Source: Camelus dromedarius (Eukaryota). From it: DNA of 64,000 nt. Position 1 is the first letter of the stretch; the number at the start of each line of letters is the position of its first letter. A program made the position numbers and the translations under genes. The stretch is from contig NC_087447.1 of the NCBI RefSeq assembly GCF_036321535.1, positions 36,644,001-36,708,000 of the forward strand, read 5' to 3'. The notes below the pieces were generated by a model that made no database searches, had not been told where the DNA came from, and saw nothing but the letters and a program-made list of their open reading frames with translations. Of the stretch, positions 42,051 through 55,467 are shown piece by piece.

Positions 42051-45000
42051 CACAGAGGTTGAGGAGAATATTTTATGTAATATACATGAGGGCAGAAATT
42101 TAATCAAGAATGACTAAGAAATGAAGTTGTTGGTACCAGGGAGTGGTGGAGGGGTTAGTCTTGCTCCTAGATGGTGAATGGTCTTGTGTGAAGACAGAAC
42201 CTTTTAACAAGGAACTGTTTGCAGGTGACTTCTGAGATAGGCTATGGGAATGTGGGCTAGGCACCAACAATATCTCTTCTAAGATCCCCAAAGTGACAGG
42301 ATTTTAACTGGGACCTCCTGCATGTGAACCTGTGCACTTACATGCATGCTCGTATTGATATGTATTTTAAGCCAGAATGGGATTATATGCATCTGGCTTT
42401 TAACTACTAGTCTAATTAAGTCGAAATAACCTTACTGGACCCCAGAATTTCAGAACTCCTTGTTTAAAAGATTTACTTAAATCCCCCCAGAGTTTTATCT
42501 TCTAGAAAAGTTTTAAATATAAGATTTCTACTGTAAATAAAAGATGCCAATAATATCCTTTGTTGTAACTGAAATAAAAAAAATAGGCATCTTGAGATAT
42601 TTAATAAATAACTGTTGGGAACAATACTTTCTTGCTTGCAAACAATTTTTCCTCTGCCTTTCTTGCTTTCAGTCCAGTGAAGTTGCTAATCAACTCTGGA
42701 GTGTTCTATGTAGTTGATTTTGAGTCATAAAGATTCTGGTGTGGATTTTGTAGCATTTCTTGGAATGGAGCTGTTGTCATTACATGATAGCATAGTCCAT
42801 GAATTTGAATGAGGATTTAATCCTTCTCAGCCATGCTTTATATTGTGACAGACTTTAAGAAGATTTCTAATTTTGTTACCTTTTAAAAGATTTTAAAAAC
42901 TTGAATTGTTGCCAGTTTTTGGTAAGATTTAGTAATTTAAGGTAGTAGGCAGCATCTAAATAAAACTTATTTCTTCATTTTTATTGAGACTGAACTTTAG
43001 AAAATGTGGTGAAATGCACTAGTTCATCTGGTCCGAACTGTATGCAAGATTTATGTGCATCTTCTTGGTACCTGATTAGTCTGTGAAGCACTGAGGGAAA
43101 AAACCCATAAACTAGCAAGGTTCAGACTTCTTGAGAAATTTAGTTACACTCTCTTTTTAGGATTTTGGAAGTTCATTCAATTTAAGTAAATTTCAAACTT
43201 AGACTTCTGGTAATAGATGAAAATGTCCATCGTTGTCCCTGAGTCATGAAACGACATTCTCCAGGAAACTCTGAGGGAGATTTCCCATTTTCCATAACTT
43301 TGGAACTATATTAGCACACAGAACTATCTGTTTTTAAACCTATCTCAGAAACTGACAGAAACTTACAATTCGAACCAAAAAATAAAACCCTATCTATGGC
43401 ATGGTGTGAGTAGTAAAATAGATAACTAATGCTGTACGATGTTAACACATCGATCACCTTTATGTTTTCACACCCTGTGTATGTGCAGTGTTTTATTCCT
43501 ACTATTAAAAAATGTATATTTAAAAAAATTCCCCAAACCTGGTTTGTTTAAATTAAACAAAATGACTACTGGTATGCTGCTTGGAAATATCTCAGTATTT
43601 ATGGAAATTTGAATTATTTTATCATTATTCTTATTGATATAATACATCTTTCTAAATATACCTTTTAGAAAAGTTTTCTTACTTACAGCATATTACCAAA
43701 ATCTTTATCAAAAGTAGAAACATTAACATGCTATGGAATAGTGGGCTTTTTCCCCTTTGGGCAAGAAGGAATCAGGTATGCATGCTGATTAACACCCTCC
43801 AGTCATTAACATGTGATTATGTGGGCTGCATACTGAGCACCTGCCAAAATATAAAAATCCAGTACATCTGTGCAAAGACTTTTTTGCATTTTTAAAAATT
43901 TTCACAGTTCAAGGAGAATCAGACCCCAGTATCTTTTCTTTTTTTTAAGTGTAATAAAATTGTGAATACAGAATATTTTCAAGGAGAAGGATAAACCATG
44001 TTAATTTTTATTTTAATCTTTCGGGCTGTATAAGATCCAGCAACTGGAGTTTGCAGAGCTCTCACTGTAACACGAAGCTCTTAACGAATTCCATCACTGA
44101 CATTCACTTACAACTGACAGCATTCCTTCATGTTCATAAGGATTATCTTTTCTGGGATTCAGCCAATATTCCTACAATTTGCTTTATTTTTATGTGATAC
44201 ATTTATGTCTCATAAATATTTTGTTTCATTTCTTTCACCAATATGCTGTTAGGGTACACCTCATCATCATGCCAGGACTGCTCCTGTGGTTTGATTTTTC
44301 CTCTAATATCCATTTGCAAGTATTCCCTCATGACTAAAGTGTAGCTTGGGCTCTATAGCATTTCCAGACATGTAGGAGAAGTCATTTTTTGATAATTATT
44401 TAACATAAGACTTGGTTACTAATAGAAAATCTGATATGATCTAGTCTAACAGAACAGCTTGATTGAGCAGGCCTGTTCCACAAAGCTTGTATTTTCTTGA
44501 TAAATTTAAATGGGATTTGAAAGTAGTAGAAGTTTTTTTTTTTTTTTTTTTTTTTTTTAAAGTAAGCTACTTGTCAAAGTTGGTCAGTATGAATCATTGG
44601 AAGCTGATCTCAGGACACCAGTAATTTTTTGATTAAAGCTGAACTCCACAAGTAAAGTTCAATGTATAGGTTGTTCTGATTAATGTACACATTGTTGTAC
44701 AGAGTTCCTTCTTGCCCACTGATGACCTGGATACATCACTATAGTGAAATATAGCTGGAATAAAGAAATCTGCACATTTCTGTAATTCTTCTAAACAACA
44801 TGGTATAGAAAATAACATTTATATTATATAGGATGCAGTCATTTACATGACTAATTTGAACTTTTTCATGATTGGAGTGAGATATGATTCTTAAGGTCCT
44901 TCTAGATGAGCATGAATAAGATGGTGATACCTATGATAGGCAGCACATTGCCTTGGGAGCAGGAACCTGGGATTGTGTTTGTACTCCAGATCTACCTTCT

Positions 45001-46457
45001 TATTTTAATTTGGAGAGCATTACTTTTCATAAAGTCAACTTTAGCATAACAAATCCTGCTTCTGTAATTCATTCGGAGATGAGATTGTAAGGGTTCTCTT
45101 TGATTATTGAGTCAAACCTCCTGCACTAAGCAGGAAAGACCCTACTCTGTTCCCTCTATGAACGTATCTAATCTTTCTTGAATGCATCTAATAAATATGC
45201 CTTAATTACCTTGATATGAAAATTATCCCACTGTTTGTCCTCTGCAATAGGTTCTCCTTGCTTTTTAAGAAAAATGTAATATTTATAAAGAAAAACAACT
45301 TTAAGCTATTACTTCTTTTGTTAATATAGCTTTCAGTGTTATGATACATTTATTTTTATACTATTAACCTTTTATGTATTATCTTGGTATTACTATATTC
45401 CTGTGACCTCTAGGCATTATTTTTCTAGGTGATGCAAATTGAGTTCAGTAGTATATCTCTGTGTACACCACATTCTCAAATCCAAGGTATAAATTACAAA
45501 CCTTTGCTAATAAAATTTTACAATCAGGTAAATATTAGAAATGAATATTTATGCATTTCATTTATCTTCTTTATATTTCATTAGCACCTTAGAAAATGGG
45601 AAACCTTATTTAATAAAGTAATTGGAAATTATTTTGTAAACTTTTACTTTGATTATAATTTAACTCTGATTTGTTTCTACTGACAGTGTATTAAGAATAC
45701 CTAGAATATAATATTCTCAAGTTTATCAAACTTTTGGGAAGAAATGTGCCCTTATTCAACAGTAGATAGATTATTGTGATATAATAGAAGAGATTCATTT
45801 ACCTTGAAACCCAAAGAATTAGATCATTTTTTGGGAATTACTATTATTTAGGAACTTTTTGATAAGTTCTAGTGGTTAATTAGTAGCTTTTACATAATTG
45901 TGGATTATCCAGGATTAAACTAATGTAATTCATGAATAAACTGAGAAAAAATTTGCTGTTGAATTTAGAGTTAATATTTGGCCTTTAGTTGTATCAGTCT
46001 TTTTTATACATGGTATGCTTCTACCAAAATGCCTTTATTCATTTTTTTGTTCTTGCACTGAATATATTTTGTATGTGAAGTTGATTATAGTTAATTTATT
46101 TTGCTTTTTGAAATTGATAGTAAAATTAGATTTCAGCTTTCCTTTTGACTACTGTTCTCTTGGATCCATGAGGAATAATGACACAGTAGGGCAAGGAACG
46201 GATCTGAATGTGAGTTTGGGAGTTTCTGGAAACTGAGAAAAATTAAAGCTCACATCCCACTGCCTTCCACAGAGAAAAAAGGATGGGTTGTATGGTTGTA
46301 ATGAGCCATTTATCCAAGGTCTCTTCAGGTAGAACAATGCACAACCTCCAGACACTGGGGATATCTGATGACAGATTTGATTTCTACTTGCTGCTTTGTG
46401 GTAAATCGGTGACAGTCTTGTGCCTAGTTTTCCTTTTTCTGGAAATGTAAATACTCA

Positions 46458-46494
46458 TAGATGGATGGATAGATAGATAGATAGATAGATAGAT
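46458..46494. repeat. (GATG)/(GATA)n microsatellite
   Basis: tagatggatggatagatagatagatagatagatagat. Confidence 0.9.
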
Positions 46495-48039
46495 GTTTTA
46501 TGAGCAACATAGCCTCTGCGGAATCATTTTTAGTCTCTGAACTTGTTCTATCTGTAAAATCTTTAATCAGAGAGCTAGAGATGTTATTTTAAAATTTCTA
46601 GATTACAAGGAGTTTCTTGTAAGCTATTATATACATATTAGAAGGAAATTTGAAGGATTTTGTGGTGGGTGAAATTCTCAAAATATATTTAAATATAAAT
46701 TCTCAAACTATATACTCTCAGTGTGTTTGACATATAGAGCAATCTGTGCTCTAGTTGCTCTTCTTCAGACGAACTAGTCCATAGAAGGACTTTACTGTTA
46801 ATAGAGCATGATCTCTATTAAGGATCAAACAGATTTGACAGACCTTGATTGGGCTCTGGTACTTTTTAATGTTAAGATTAATGAAGAATGAAGAGTATAC
46901 TCTGAGCTATTTCTTTTTTATGTGACGTCAGCTTCATCATTTAAAAATAGACGACCAATACATAGGTAACTATCGTACTGATATTTGTTTCTGAGGGCTT
47001 AAATCCTACTCCTTTTCCTAGTGGATCTGGACTACCTTACTTTTTTCCTAAAACTTTTTGTACCTTTTCGATTTTCACTGAAGCTACTGTGATACCCTTG
47101 AATTTTGTAGAACCCCCCTTTCCCACAACAGCCCCAGTTTCTGTCATGAATTAAGAGACAGGTTTCTCAGAAGCTGAATTAAATAGCGTTTCAAAGGATT
47201 ACTCATGCCATACAGTAATTACTCCTCTTTCTTGCCAACTCTGAGCTAGTGTCAAACAACAGGTCTTTGGTACCTTGACTTTCCTAATTTAAAGGCTATT
47301 TTCCTAGTTTTGGTAGAGAGTAGGGAGTTTTTTTATTTTGACTTGTTTGCTTTAGTTACTTAATTCTGATGTCTGAGGTTTGTCCACCAACTCGAAGTGC
47401 TCTTCAGTATTCCTCATTTGGATGACACTTAAGCAAAAATGGGTTCCTGGTGATCTGACTGATACCTGGATCCTGTGATATGCATACAACTTAAGCTTCC
47501 TTTGTAGACTTCAGTTAGTTTAAAGCATATTATCTGTTTTGTTGATTACATGTAAAAATATACAGTTATTTTTGTAAGTGCACTGGTATCTCTCAAATGA
47601 GGGAGAAAAGAAAACAACTGCAAAGCAGAAGAGCAAGAGGATAATAAACTTGACACAAGAGCAAGTAGTTACCTCTTAAGAAAAGCTCTATGGAATCATT
47701 TGAGTCTCCATGCATAGAAACTTGCTCTATAAGAATTTGTCCAATTATACTTCTGAAACCTCTGCATAATCACACCCCTTTTCCCCAGTGCCTCAAATTG
47801 TCAAAGAAAACATCCTTTTGATTCAGTGGAAATATTTTCCCTGGGGTTATTTAGAGGAAACATAATTTAGAGGAGAGATTGTTACTCCATAGAAGGCCTA
47901 TGTTTTTCTCTGCCACTAATTTGCTGTGTGACCTTAAGGAAGTCAATTCATATCTCCTGACTTCAGTTTCTTCATCTCAAAAAATGAAAGATTCAAAGCA
48001 CACAGAAGCAGTCACCACTGGGCTCCACAGCTTATTTTC

Positions 48040-48285
48040 TGCAGGTGCATGCTAAGGTATTTAGGGGTAAGATGGCATGTGATATCAATAACATACTCTA
48101 AAACGGTTTAGCAATATAATTAAGATACATAGACAGATACATACATACATAGCATATATATGACAAAGTGTTAACCTAATTGTTTAACCTAGCTGATGGC
48201 TATAAAAGTACTTATTGTATTATTCTTTCTAGTTTTCTGAATATTCAAAATTTTTTCCTAATAAAATTTAAAAAGCCTATTTGAA
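48040..48285 (+). mobile_element. Old L1 (L1ME-like) 3' end
   Basis: gtatttaggggtaa...ttattgtattattctttctagttttctgaatattcaaaattttttcctaataaaatttaaaaa. Confidence 0.65.
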
Positions 48286-48519
48286 AAAAGAGAAAGATTT
48301 GAACTATAATCATTAAATCTCTTTCTACTTCTAACTTTCTTGATATAAGGTTAAAATTGTCTTAGCCAATTCGGCTTAGCCTGGTAGTGTTGTTTGAGTA
48401 TCATATGGTAGTTTGAATAATAATGAATTTCCAGATGAAAGTAATGGCCTCGAGTTGGTAGGCACATGAATAAGCTAATTAGCTGAACATTGATAGAATG
48501 TTGCTTCATGTGTTGGGGA

Positions 48520-48860
48520 CGTAAGAGAGAGAGAGAAACAAATTGTAACATACTCAGAGGAGAATGAGCAGGATGGCTGAACCATAATTTATGAGGAAGA
48601 AATTAGGGAAACAGGGATGTTTTGCCTAGAAAAAGAGAAGATATAAGGGTACTATAATAGCTGTGTGTATGTATTGAAAATGCTGCTGTTCTGAATATTC
48701 CCATGGAATGGAATGAACTATAGGTTGAAAGAGAAGAATTCGTATTCCTGTAAATAAGAATGTTTGACAACCTTTCGAAGATGGAAGGGACTACTTTGGG
48801 AGGTGCTAAATCTTCTATTAATAGAGGTGTTCAAGGAGAGACCAAAAAGTCACTTGTCAT
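48520..48860 (+). mobile_element. L3/CR1 LINE fragment (similar fragments at ~52690-52990 and ~61160-61560)
   Basis: cagaggagaatgagcaggatgg...tatgaggaaga...agggatgttttgcctagaaaaagagaaga resembles the CR1 RT end; the same motif recurs at the other two sites. Confidence 0.68.
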
Positions 48861-48899
48861 GGGTATTCTAACAGTCACCATCACTACCACCACCACCAC

Positions 48900-49125
48900 G
48901 CCATCATTTAATGAGCACCATCTAAATGTTTTATTTTTATTAGTTTATTTTTCATGACAGCCTTATGAGATAGGTTCTGTACTGCTGTTATTATTACTCC
49001 CATTTTATAGATCAGGAAGTTAAGGCAGAGAGAGGTTAACTAACTCTGGGCTATATGAGAGGTGGATGGAAAACCTAGGAAATCTGGTTCAGAGACTCTG
49101 TACTTTGTTTACTATCATACTACTT
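48900..49125 (-). mobile_element. MIR SINE
   Basis: attattactcccattttatagatcaggaagttaaggcagagagaggttaactaact. Confidence 0.8.
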
Positions 49126-49398
49126 TGTCTTGCACAGGGAGTTCAAGTACTAGATGGGGTTGAGCAGTTGGATTTTTAAGGACCTTTGAATCTTGAGATT
49201 TTGATTCTGTATTCTGAAAGCATACAAATGATGCAAGGCTTTTCTATGTGCTTGTCTTGAGATGTTTAGAGACTTTAATATATTTTCTATATTTACTCTG
49301 TACACTGTCTTTACTTCCATTTATTAAATATTATGATAATGAGGCCATTTAAAAAACTTTTGGTGTTGTATGTTTCTTTGAATCAAAATAACATTTTA

Positions 49399-49827
49399 TT
49401 TATTTATTTTTTAACATTTTTTATTGATTTATAATCATTTTACAATGTGTCAAATTCCAGTGTTCAGCACAATTTTTCAGTCATTCATGGACATATACAC
49501 ACTCATTGTCACATTTTTTTCTCTGTGAGTTATCATAACATTTTGTGTATATTTCCCTGTGCTCTACAGTGTAATCTTGTTTATCTATTCTACAATTTTG
49601 AAATCCCAGGCTATCCCTTCCCACCCTCCACCCCCTGGTAACCACAAGTCTGTATTCTCTGTCTGTGAGTCTATTTCTGTCCTGTATTTACGCTTTGTTT
49701 TTGTTTGTTTGTTTTTGTTTTTGTTTTTTAGATTCCACATATGAGCGATCTCATATGGTATTTTTCTTTCTCTTTCTGGCTTACTTCACTTAGAATGACA
49801 TTCTCCAGGAGCATCCATGTTGCTGCA
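49399..49827 (-). mobile_element. Young 5'-truncated L1 3'UTR (camelid-like) with perfect 15-bp TSD
   Basis: caaaataacatttta at 49384-49398 and 49828-49842, a T-rich tail on the left, and L1 motif tctggcttacttcacttagaatgacattctccaggagcatccatgttgctgca. Confidence 0.88.
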
Positions 49828-50705
49828 CAAAATAACATTTTAAAAACAGTAGCTTTTTCTTCTTAGACTTCAGGACTTGTAACATTTTAGCAAATAATTG
49901 GTAACAAACCTATATTCTGACACATCATGAATAAATTTATTATTATTGAATATTATAATAATAGTGTAAAGTGACGTGATACTATTCCAACTTTGAGGAT
50001 GCTATGTAAATATATTATACCAAGTATCAGTTTTAATAAAAGAGAAAAAGAAGACATTTCATTTTACTATTAGATCTAATGATACTTTTGTCAAGAATAA
50101 TCTGTTGGTAATTGGAACCAAATTCAGTATTTTCATTTATGTAACTTCTTTAATCTGTTTTTCCTTAAAATATGTCACATGAGAAAAAACATAAGTTTTC
50201 CTCTGAGAAAGAACCTATAAATGTTTGCAGTTTAGTTTTCAACACATTAAGAAAGTTGGATATCCTTTGTTAGCAAGAAGTGATTGACATCTAGATTAGG
50301 TAAAGCATTTTTCATCAGTTACGCAATAACACTATGGCAGAATGCCTCTTATACAGCACAGTTGGCAGGTATTTTTGGTTCGTCAAAAAAAAAAATTTAT
50401 TTAAAGTGGGGAATCAGAAAAAAAGCAGTACATATATAGTAGAGTATAACTCAAGATAATATATTAAATATACATATACATATGTAATTTATGTAATATA
50501 ACTTAAACACTTATTTGAAATTTAAAATATATAAATGCAGTGCATACCAAGGTAGATGGAGTCATCTGTCCTAGAAGAGAAGATCGATCACTGACATGGT
50601 TGAATTGTCTGTATATGGTGATTTAAAGAAAACAGAAACAGCTTTTAGTTGGTTTTTAATTGTTTTTAATTTCTTTATAGACATTGCATCCCTTTAATTC
50701 CTTCC

Positions 50706-51000
50706 TGATAGTCAAATACTACCAGGAACACACCTACAGTTAAGCAAATTGGGTTTATCACTCATTGCAGTAGGGAGAACTCACACCACAGAGAACCATG
50801 GAGTGTCTCAGTAAGAGAGTGTTTGAAAGAACTTTTTTAGGATTTAGGCTTTGTTTGAGTGATTTGGGGTAGTGTCTAAAGAAACAGATGCTTGCTATAG
50901 ATTGGGGGCTGTCAGAAATCAGGGACAAATCTATAATTGGGTACCTCAATAAGTCATATAGGGAGGACAGATTAGAGTGAGTATAAAGCTGTAATTGGAG
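50706..51000. mobile_element. Probable ERV1-class LTR fragment
   Basis: caggaacacacctacagttaagcaaattgggtttatcactcattgcagtagggagaac resembles MER4-group LTRs; family not determined. Confidence 0.45.
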
Positions 51001-51849
51001 AGGCAGTATAACTAAAATGGAAAACAAAGCTAAACAAAAATGACAACATACAATGCAATAAGAATGAACACACTTATTTCAGCCTTGCTAATAAGTGGAG
51101 GAAAGGGTAAGAGAGAATAATATTCTGTCTCTAAAATTACACTGGTGACATGTAGGGAAGTGGATTCATGCCACTGCTTAGAAAAGCCATTTCCCATTCA
51201 TTTCTTCCAATTTCAATGACTTCCACCTGTATGTGGGTTTCAACTCTTTTTATGTAGGGCAAGATTACTTTTCTGATCTATGGTCTCTGTCTGTCTCTAT
51301 TCCTGACGTCTTATCATCTGACTTTTGCAACCTCAGTCCATTTGTGTTCTCTAATTGCAGTATGGCTGTCCATTCACATTCCTGGTCAAGGTGCAGCTGA
51401 AAACCTAGGTAAATTAGAGTGGTAGCTGCTCCTGGACAGAGTAGAGATAATCCATATGCAGTTAGGTTAAGTGGAAATTGATAATATCCCTAGAAAAGCT
51501 AGTTACAAATGTTGATATTATTGAAGCTTTGTGAGGAGCTAGATCCTAGTGGAATTAGTTAGGGATGTCTTTATGAAGAAGGTAATTTTGATCATTGATA
51601 TTGATGAGAGTAATGTAGTTCAGTGTTCATTATTCCACTTAGATGAACAAGAATAGATGAAAACCTAAAAATGGTGCCAGTGATTATCATGATTGTATTT
51701 TCAGAAATGAAAATTGAAACCAAATATAATTGGACAAAGGACATTTTAATTTAATAATAAGAGTAGGTATCATTTATTGAGTACTTAGGTGATAGGCACT
51801 GCCCTAAGTCCTTTTTTCCTTTCTCACAACAACAATTTGAGGATATAAT

Positions 51850-52399
51850 TATAACTCCATCCTATAAAAAGGCAGAGTCTAACTCCCAAACCTTTGACTA
51901 TGGGTAAGCCTTGGTGACTTACTATTGAATAGATTGCATTGACAGTTATAGGGCATGATTTCCCAGACTAGATTAGAAACAGCGATACAGCTTTCACCTA
52001 ACTCATGCATTTTTCGAGGAACTATTTCTGAACTACCTCCCGAACTACCTCCTGAACCATGATATAAGAAGTACAGCCAGTTTGAAGCCAACATACTGGA
52101 GAGAAAAGATCCTGTGGAGAGATCACGTAGACATAGAGGAAGATGTTTAAGGAACCCCAGCTTCCAACCCTGAGCTCTTTAAATGTTCACATCCTTGAGT
52201 AGAGAAGTCTTTGAGATGACTCCAGCCTTAGCCACTGACTTAATGGGAACCTCATGAGAGACCTTGAGATAGAATCGCCCAGCCCAGATGCTCCTGAATT
52301 TGTGACCCATGGAAATCATTAAAAATAATAAATTACTATTGTTGTTTTAAGCACTAAGTTTTAGGGTTTTTTTTTTTAAATAAATAGATAACTAATACA
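51850..52399 (+). mobile_element. MaLR LTR (MLT1F/G/H-like)
   Basis: Typical 3' end aataataaattactattgttgttttaagcactaagttttaggg...atagataactaataca; left boundary uncertain. Confidence 0.78.
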
Positions 52400-53159
52400 A
52401 GGTATTTTGGTAATTCCTGGATTAGGATTAATGATGTAGTGGAATTCCTGTCATAAAAGTAGGTAAAGCTCCTCTCTGGAAATACAAGGCAAAGTTTTAG
52501 AAGGTAAGTGTTATTGAAATTATGGCACCTTTTACTGTTGAGAGTGATTTTATAGTCCTGTGGAAAGGAAAAATCACTGGATTGGGTGTCAGAAAATCTA
52601 CATTTAGATTTTAGCTCTTCCACTTCTACCTGTGTGATGTGGGGAAAAGTACATAACTTTCCAAGTGTTAATTTTCTTCTTGCTGAGAATGAAAATGTAG
52701 AACTTTGGTATTCAGTTCTTGGCAACACGTTTTTAGAGCAACATTTAGAGTCTGGAATGTATCAGAGGAGAATGATGAAGGGTCTGGAAACCATGTCAAA
52801 TGAGAAATAGGTGTAGAAACCAGAGGGATTTCACCTAGAAAAGGACTATTAAGTTAATCCCTCCCTTAAGATGCTTTGAACAACTGTAACTTGGAAGAGA
52901 AAATAAATTGATTTTATGTATCTTTTGAGGGCAAACAGGATAATGGGTGATAATGATTAGGATCTAGATTTTAGCTGATCAAGTATTCCTTTATAAATAA
53001 TTAGATTTATCAGAAAATATTATTTGACAGACTTAAACTGAAGAAATGCCAAGGAAAGAAATCTTCATTATTTTTTCTGGGTTCAATAAAAGGAAACTAT
53101 AATATTCTAATCCTCTAGACATTTTCAAGAAGGCAAAACTCTGTTCTCTTAAATTCTTT

Positions 53160-54050
53160 TTAACATTTCCTCCAAGTATCTCTTTATAAAATGATTTTTG
53201 TTCTTCTTTATTACATGAGCAATATGTACATCAATGTTTATTAATGATAAATTGGAAAACACAAATAAGCAAAAAAGGAAAGAAAAATTACCAACAATCT
53301 CATCACCATTTAGAAATTACTATAAATAATTTAGTGTATATCTTCCAAGTTTTTTTTTTTTAATGACCATGTACATTTACCCTGCACACATATAACAAAA
53401 TTGAAGTTACATACTAAATACTACAATATATCTGTTTGTTCATTGAATACATCTTTTCTTGTAGATAAATTATTTCTACAACTTTTTAGGTATTCATATG
53501 AAACCTTGAAATTAGTATTTATTTTCTGATTAAAAGTGTTATTTATGATAGAACATTTGTAAAATATAGATAACCTCAAAAATAAAAAATATGACCTATT
53601 ATTTCAATACTTAGAAGAACAATAACGTTTTGTTGGATAGTCTGTTGTCTTTTCTCTGTACGTAATTTTTTCTTAAAAAAGTATATTGATGTTTCTCACT
53701 AACATACTTTTTACTGGTAATATGTTCTGAATAGTCCCACATCATTAAATTTTATGCAAAAATGTGATTTCCAATAAGTTAAAATTATTCCACCATTTGG
53801 ATAAAACCATAATGCCCTCAAATAATCACTACAATTTGACATGCAAGTTGCCGCTCATTATTCATCACTATAAACATCACCAAATTTAACATATATAATA
53901 TTGTTTTGAATGACTATGTGGTATTCCATTGTGTAGCTATACCATCTTTTACTGAATGAATGACTTATTTTTTAATATCTCAGTTCTTAACGTTTTGTTT
54001 AAATAAGCAATCCTGTCATTGCCAGAGCAAATATTTACCCTTATCCTTAA
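53160..54050 (-). mobile_element. Highly degraded L1ME-type 3' fragments
   Basis: tactataaataatttagtgtatatcttcca; tgactatgtggtattccattgtgtagctataccatc. Confidence 0.55.
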
Positions 54051-54109
54051 TTTTTTGATTATTTTTGAAATCTTTGGTGAATAGTTGTTTCATCAGCCAA
54101 CAGTGTTCT

Positions 54110-54470
54110 TAACATTTTGCTTGATATTTTGGAGGCAAATAGAAGCATAAGACATGACCCCAAATCCTTTAAGAGCTAAAATTTAGTTGCAAATATGACT
54201 AAAACATGCAAAATAGTAATGAATAATTTATTTTAGTATATTATTAAATGCTAAGTTGCATGGTTCTGATTAAGTGTTTCGATGTGTAGTTCAGTGGGTA
54301 GGAGGATAGTGAGGCCTAGAAGTCAGGGAGGACTTCAAGGATGAAAAGCAGTTTGATCTGAGCTTTGAAGAGTGGGTTGAGGTCATAGTCAAAGAGAATG
54401 TAGTACATTCTAGGGGAAAGGAGCAAACTCACAGAGGCTCAAAAATTTGAGTATGCTTGCTGTATTCATA
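54110..54470 (-). mobile_element. L2 fragment
   Basis: gtcagggaggacttcaaggatgaaaagcagtttgatctgagctttgaagagtggg...cattctaggggaaagg. Confidence 0.62.
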
Positions 54471-54574
54471 GTACTATGAGAAGGCTTTTTAAGTTTAATG
54501 TTATTTTAATGCCATTGCTATGCAATCAGTTTTTAATAACTTCTGAAATAGCTAGGCAATATTTATTTTAATCT

Positions 54575-54710
54575 GTTTTTTCAATTTTATTAAGAAATAA
54601 TTGACATACAATATTGTATTTGTTTATGGTATACAACGTAATGATTTGACATATGTATATATTATGAAAGGATTACCACTGTAAGTTTAGTTAACATCCA
54701 TCACCTCATG
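54575..54710 (-). mobile_element. L1 3'-end fragment (L1MA9-like)
   Basis: ttttattaagaaataattgacatacaatattgta...gattaccactgtaagtttagttaacatccatcacctca. Confidence 0.75.
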
Positions 54711-55287
54711 TATGTTTTGTTTTTAGTATTTACTTCTCTATCCCTTCAGACATGGAAACATCTTAATTATATATTCTTAATTCGTGAAAATTGCTTGTCT
54801 TTTCTAGAAACTTTGCCTAATGACTATTTTTTATATTACTGCATGCCTTTTTAGTCATCTACATACAATTTTTATACTGTGTTTAATCAATTTCCAGAGA
54901 AATGCTCTCTAGGTAATCTGAATCAATATTGCTTTAGTGTGTGCATTGGTTCTGGGATCCTTTTAAATAATATTTTGAAATTCTCTTCACTGTTAGGTTT
55001 GGTGGGGCCACTGAGGTTAGGGGTTGAGAAAAAACAAACTTATCATAGATTTCTTTGAATGAGTTAATGCTTATTTAGGGTCCCATATGCTCTGCTTTTT
55101 GTGATGTTAATGTGTTTAGTCATGTTATACAGTGGTTCTTTTCACAAGAAAGATCAAAAGAATAGAAATAATTTCCTTTATGTTATTTTAAAAAATCACA
55201 AATAACCAACTTTCAAAAAATTTCATAATTATATCTATATTATAATATTAAGGCAAAGCCTGTTTATTTCATTACTTTCTTAGGGAT

Positions 55288-55467
55288 CAGTGTTTCTTAA
55301 ATTAGGGTGCATCAGAATTAAAGGACCTGTGCATCAGAATCACTTGGATTGTTTATCAAACTTCATATTCTTGGGTCCTGCTTTTTGGGGTATGGGAGGA
55401 GGTGAAGGAATGTGTATTTTAACATACTTGCCAGGGAGTTCTACACATTAAAGTTTGAGAAGCACTG
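55288..55467. mobile_element. hAT-Charlie MITE (MER5A-like)
   Basis: Terminal inverted repeats cagtgtttcttaaa / tttgagaagcactg and internal tgcatcagaatcac motif (present twice). Confidence 0.8.
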
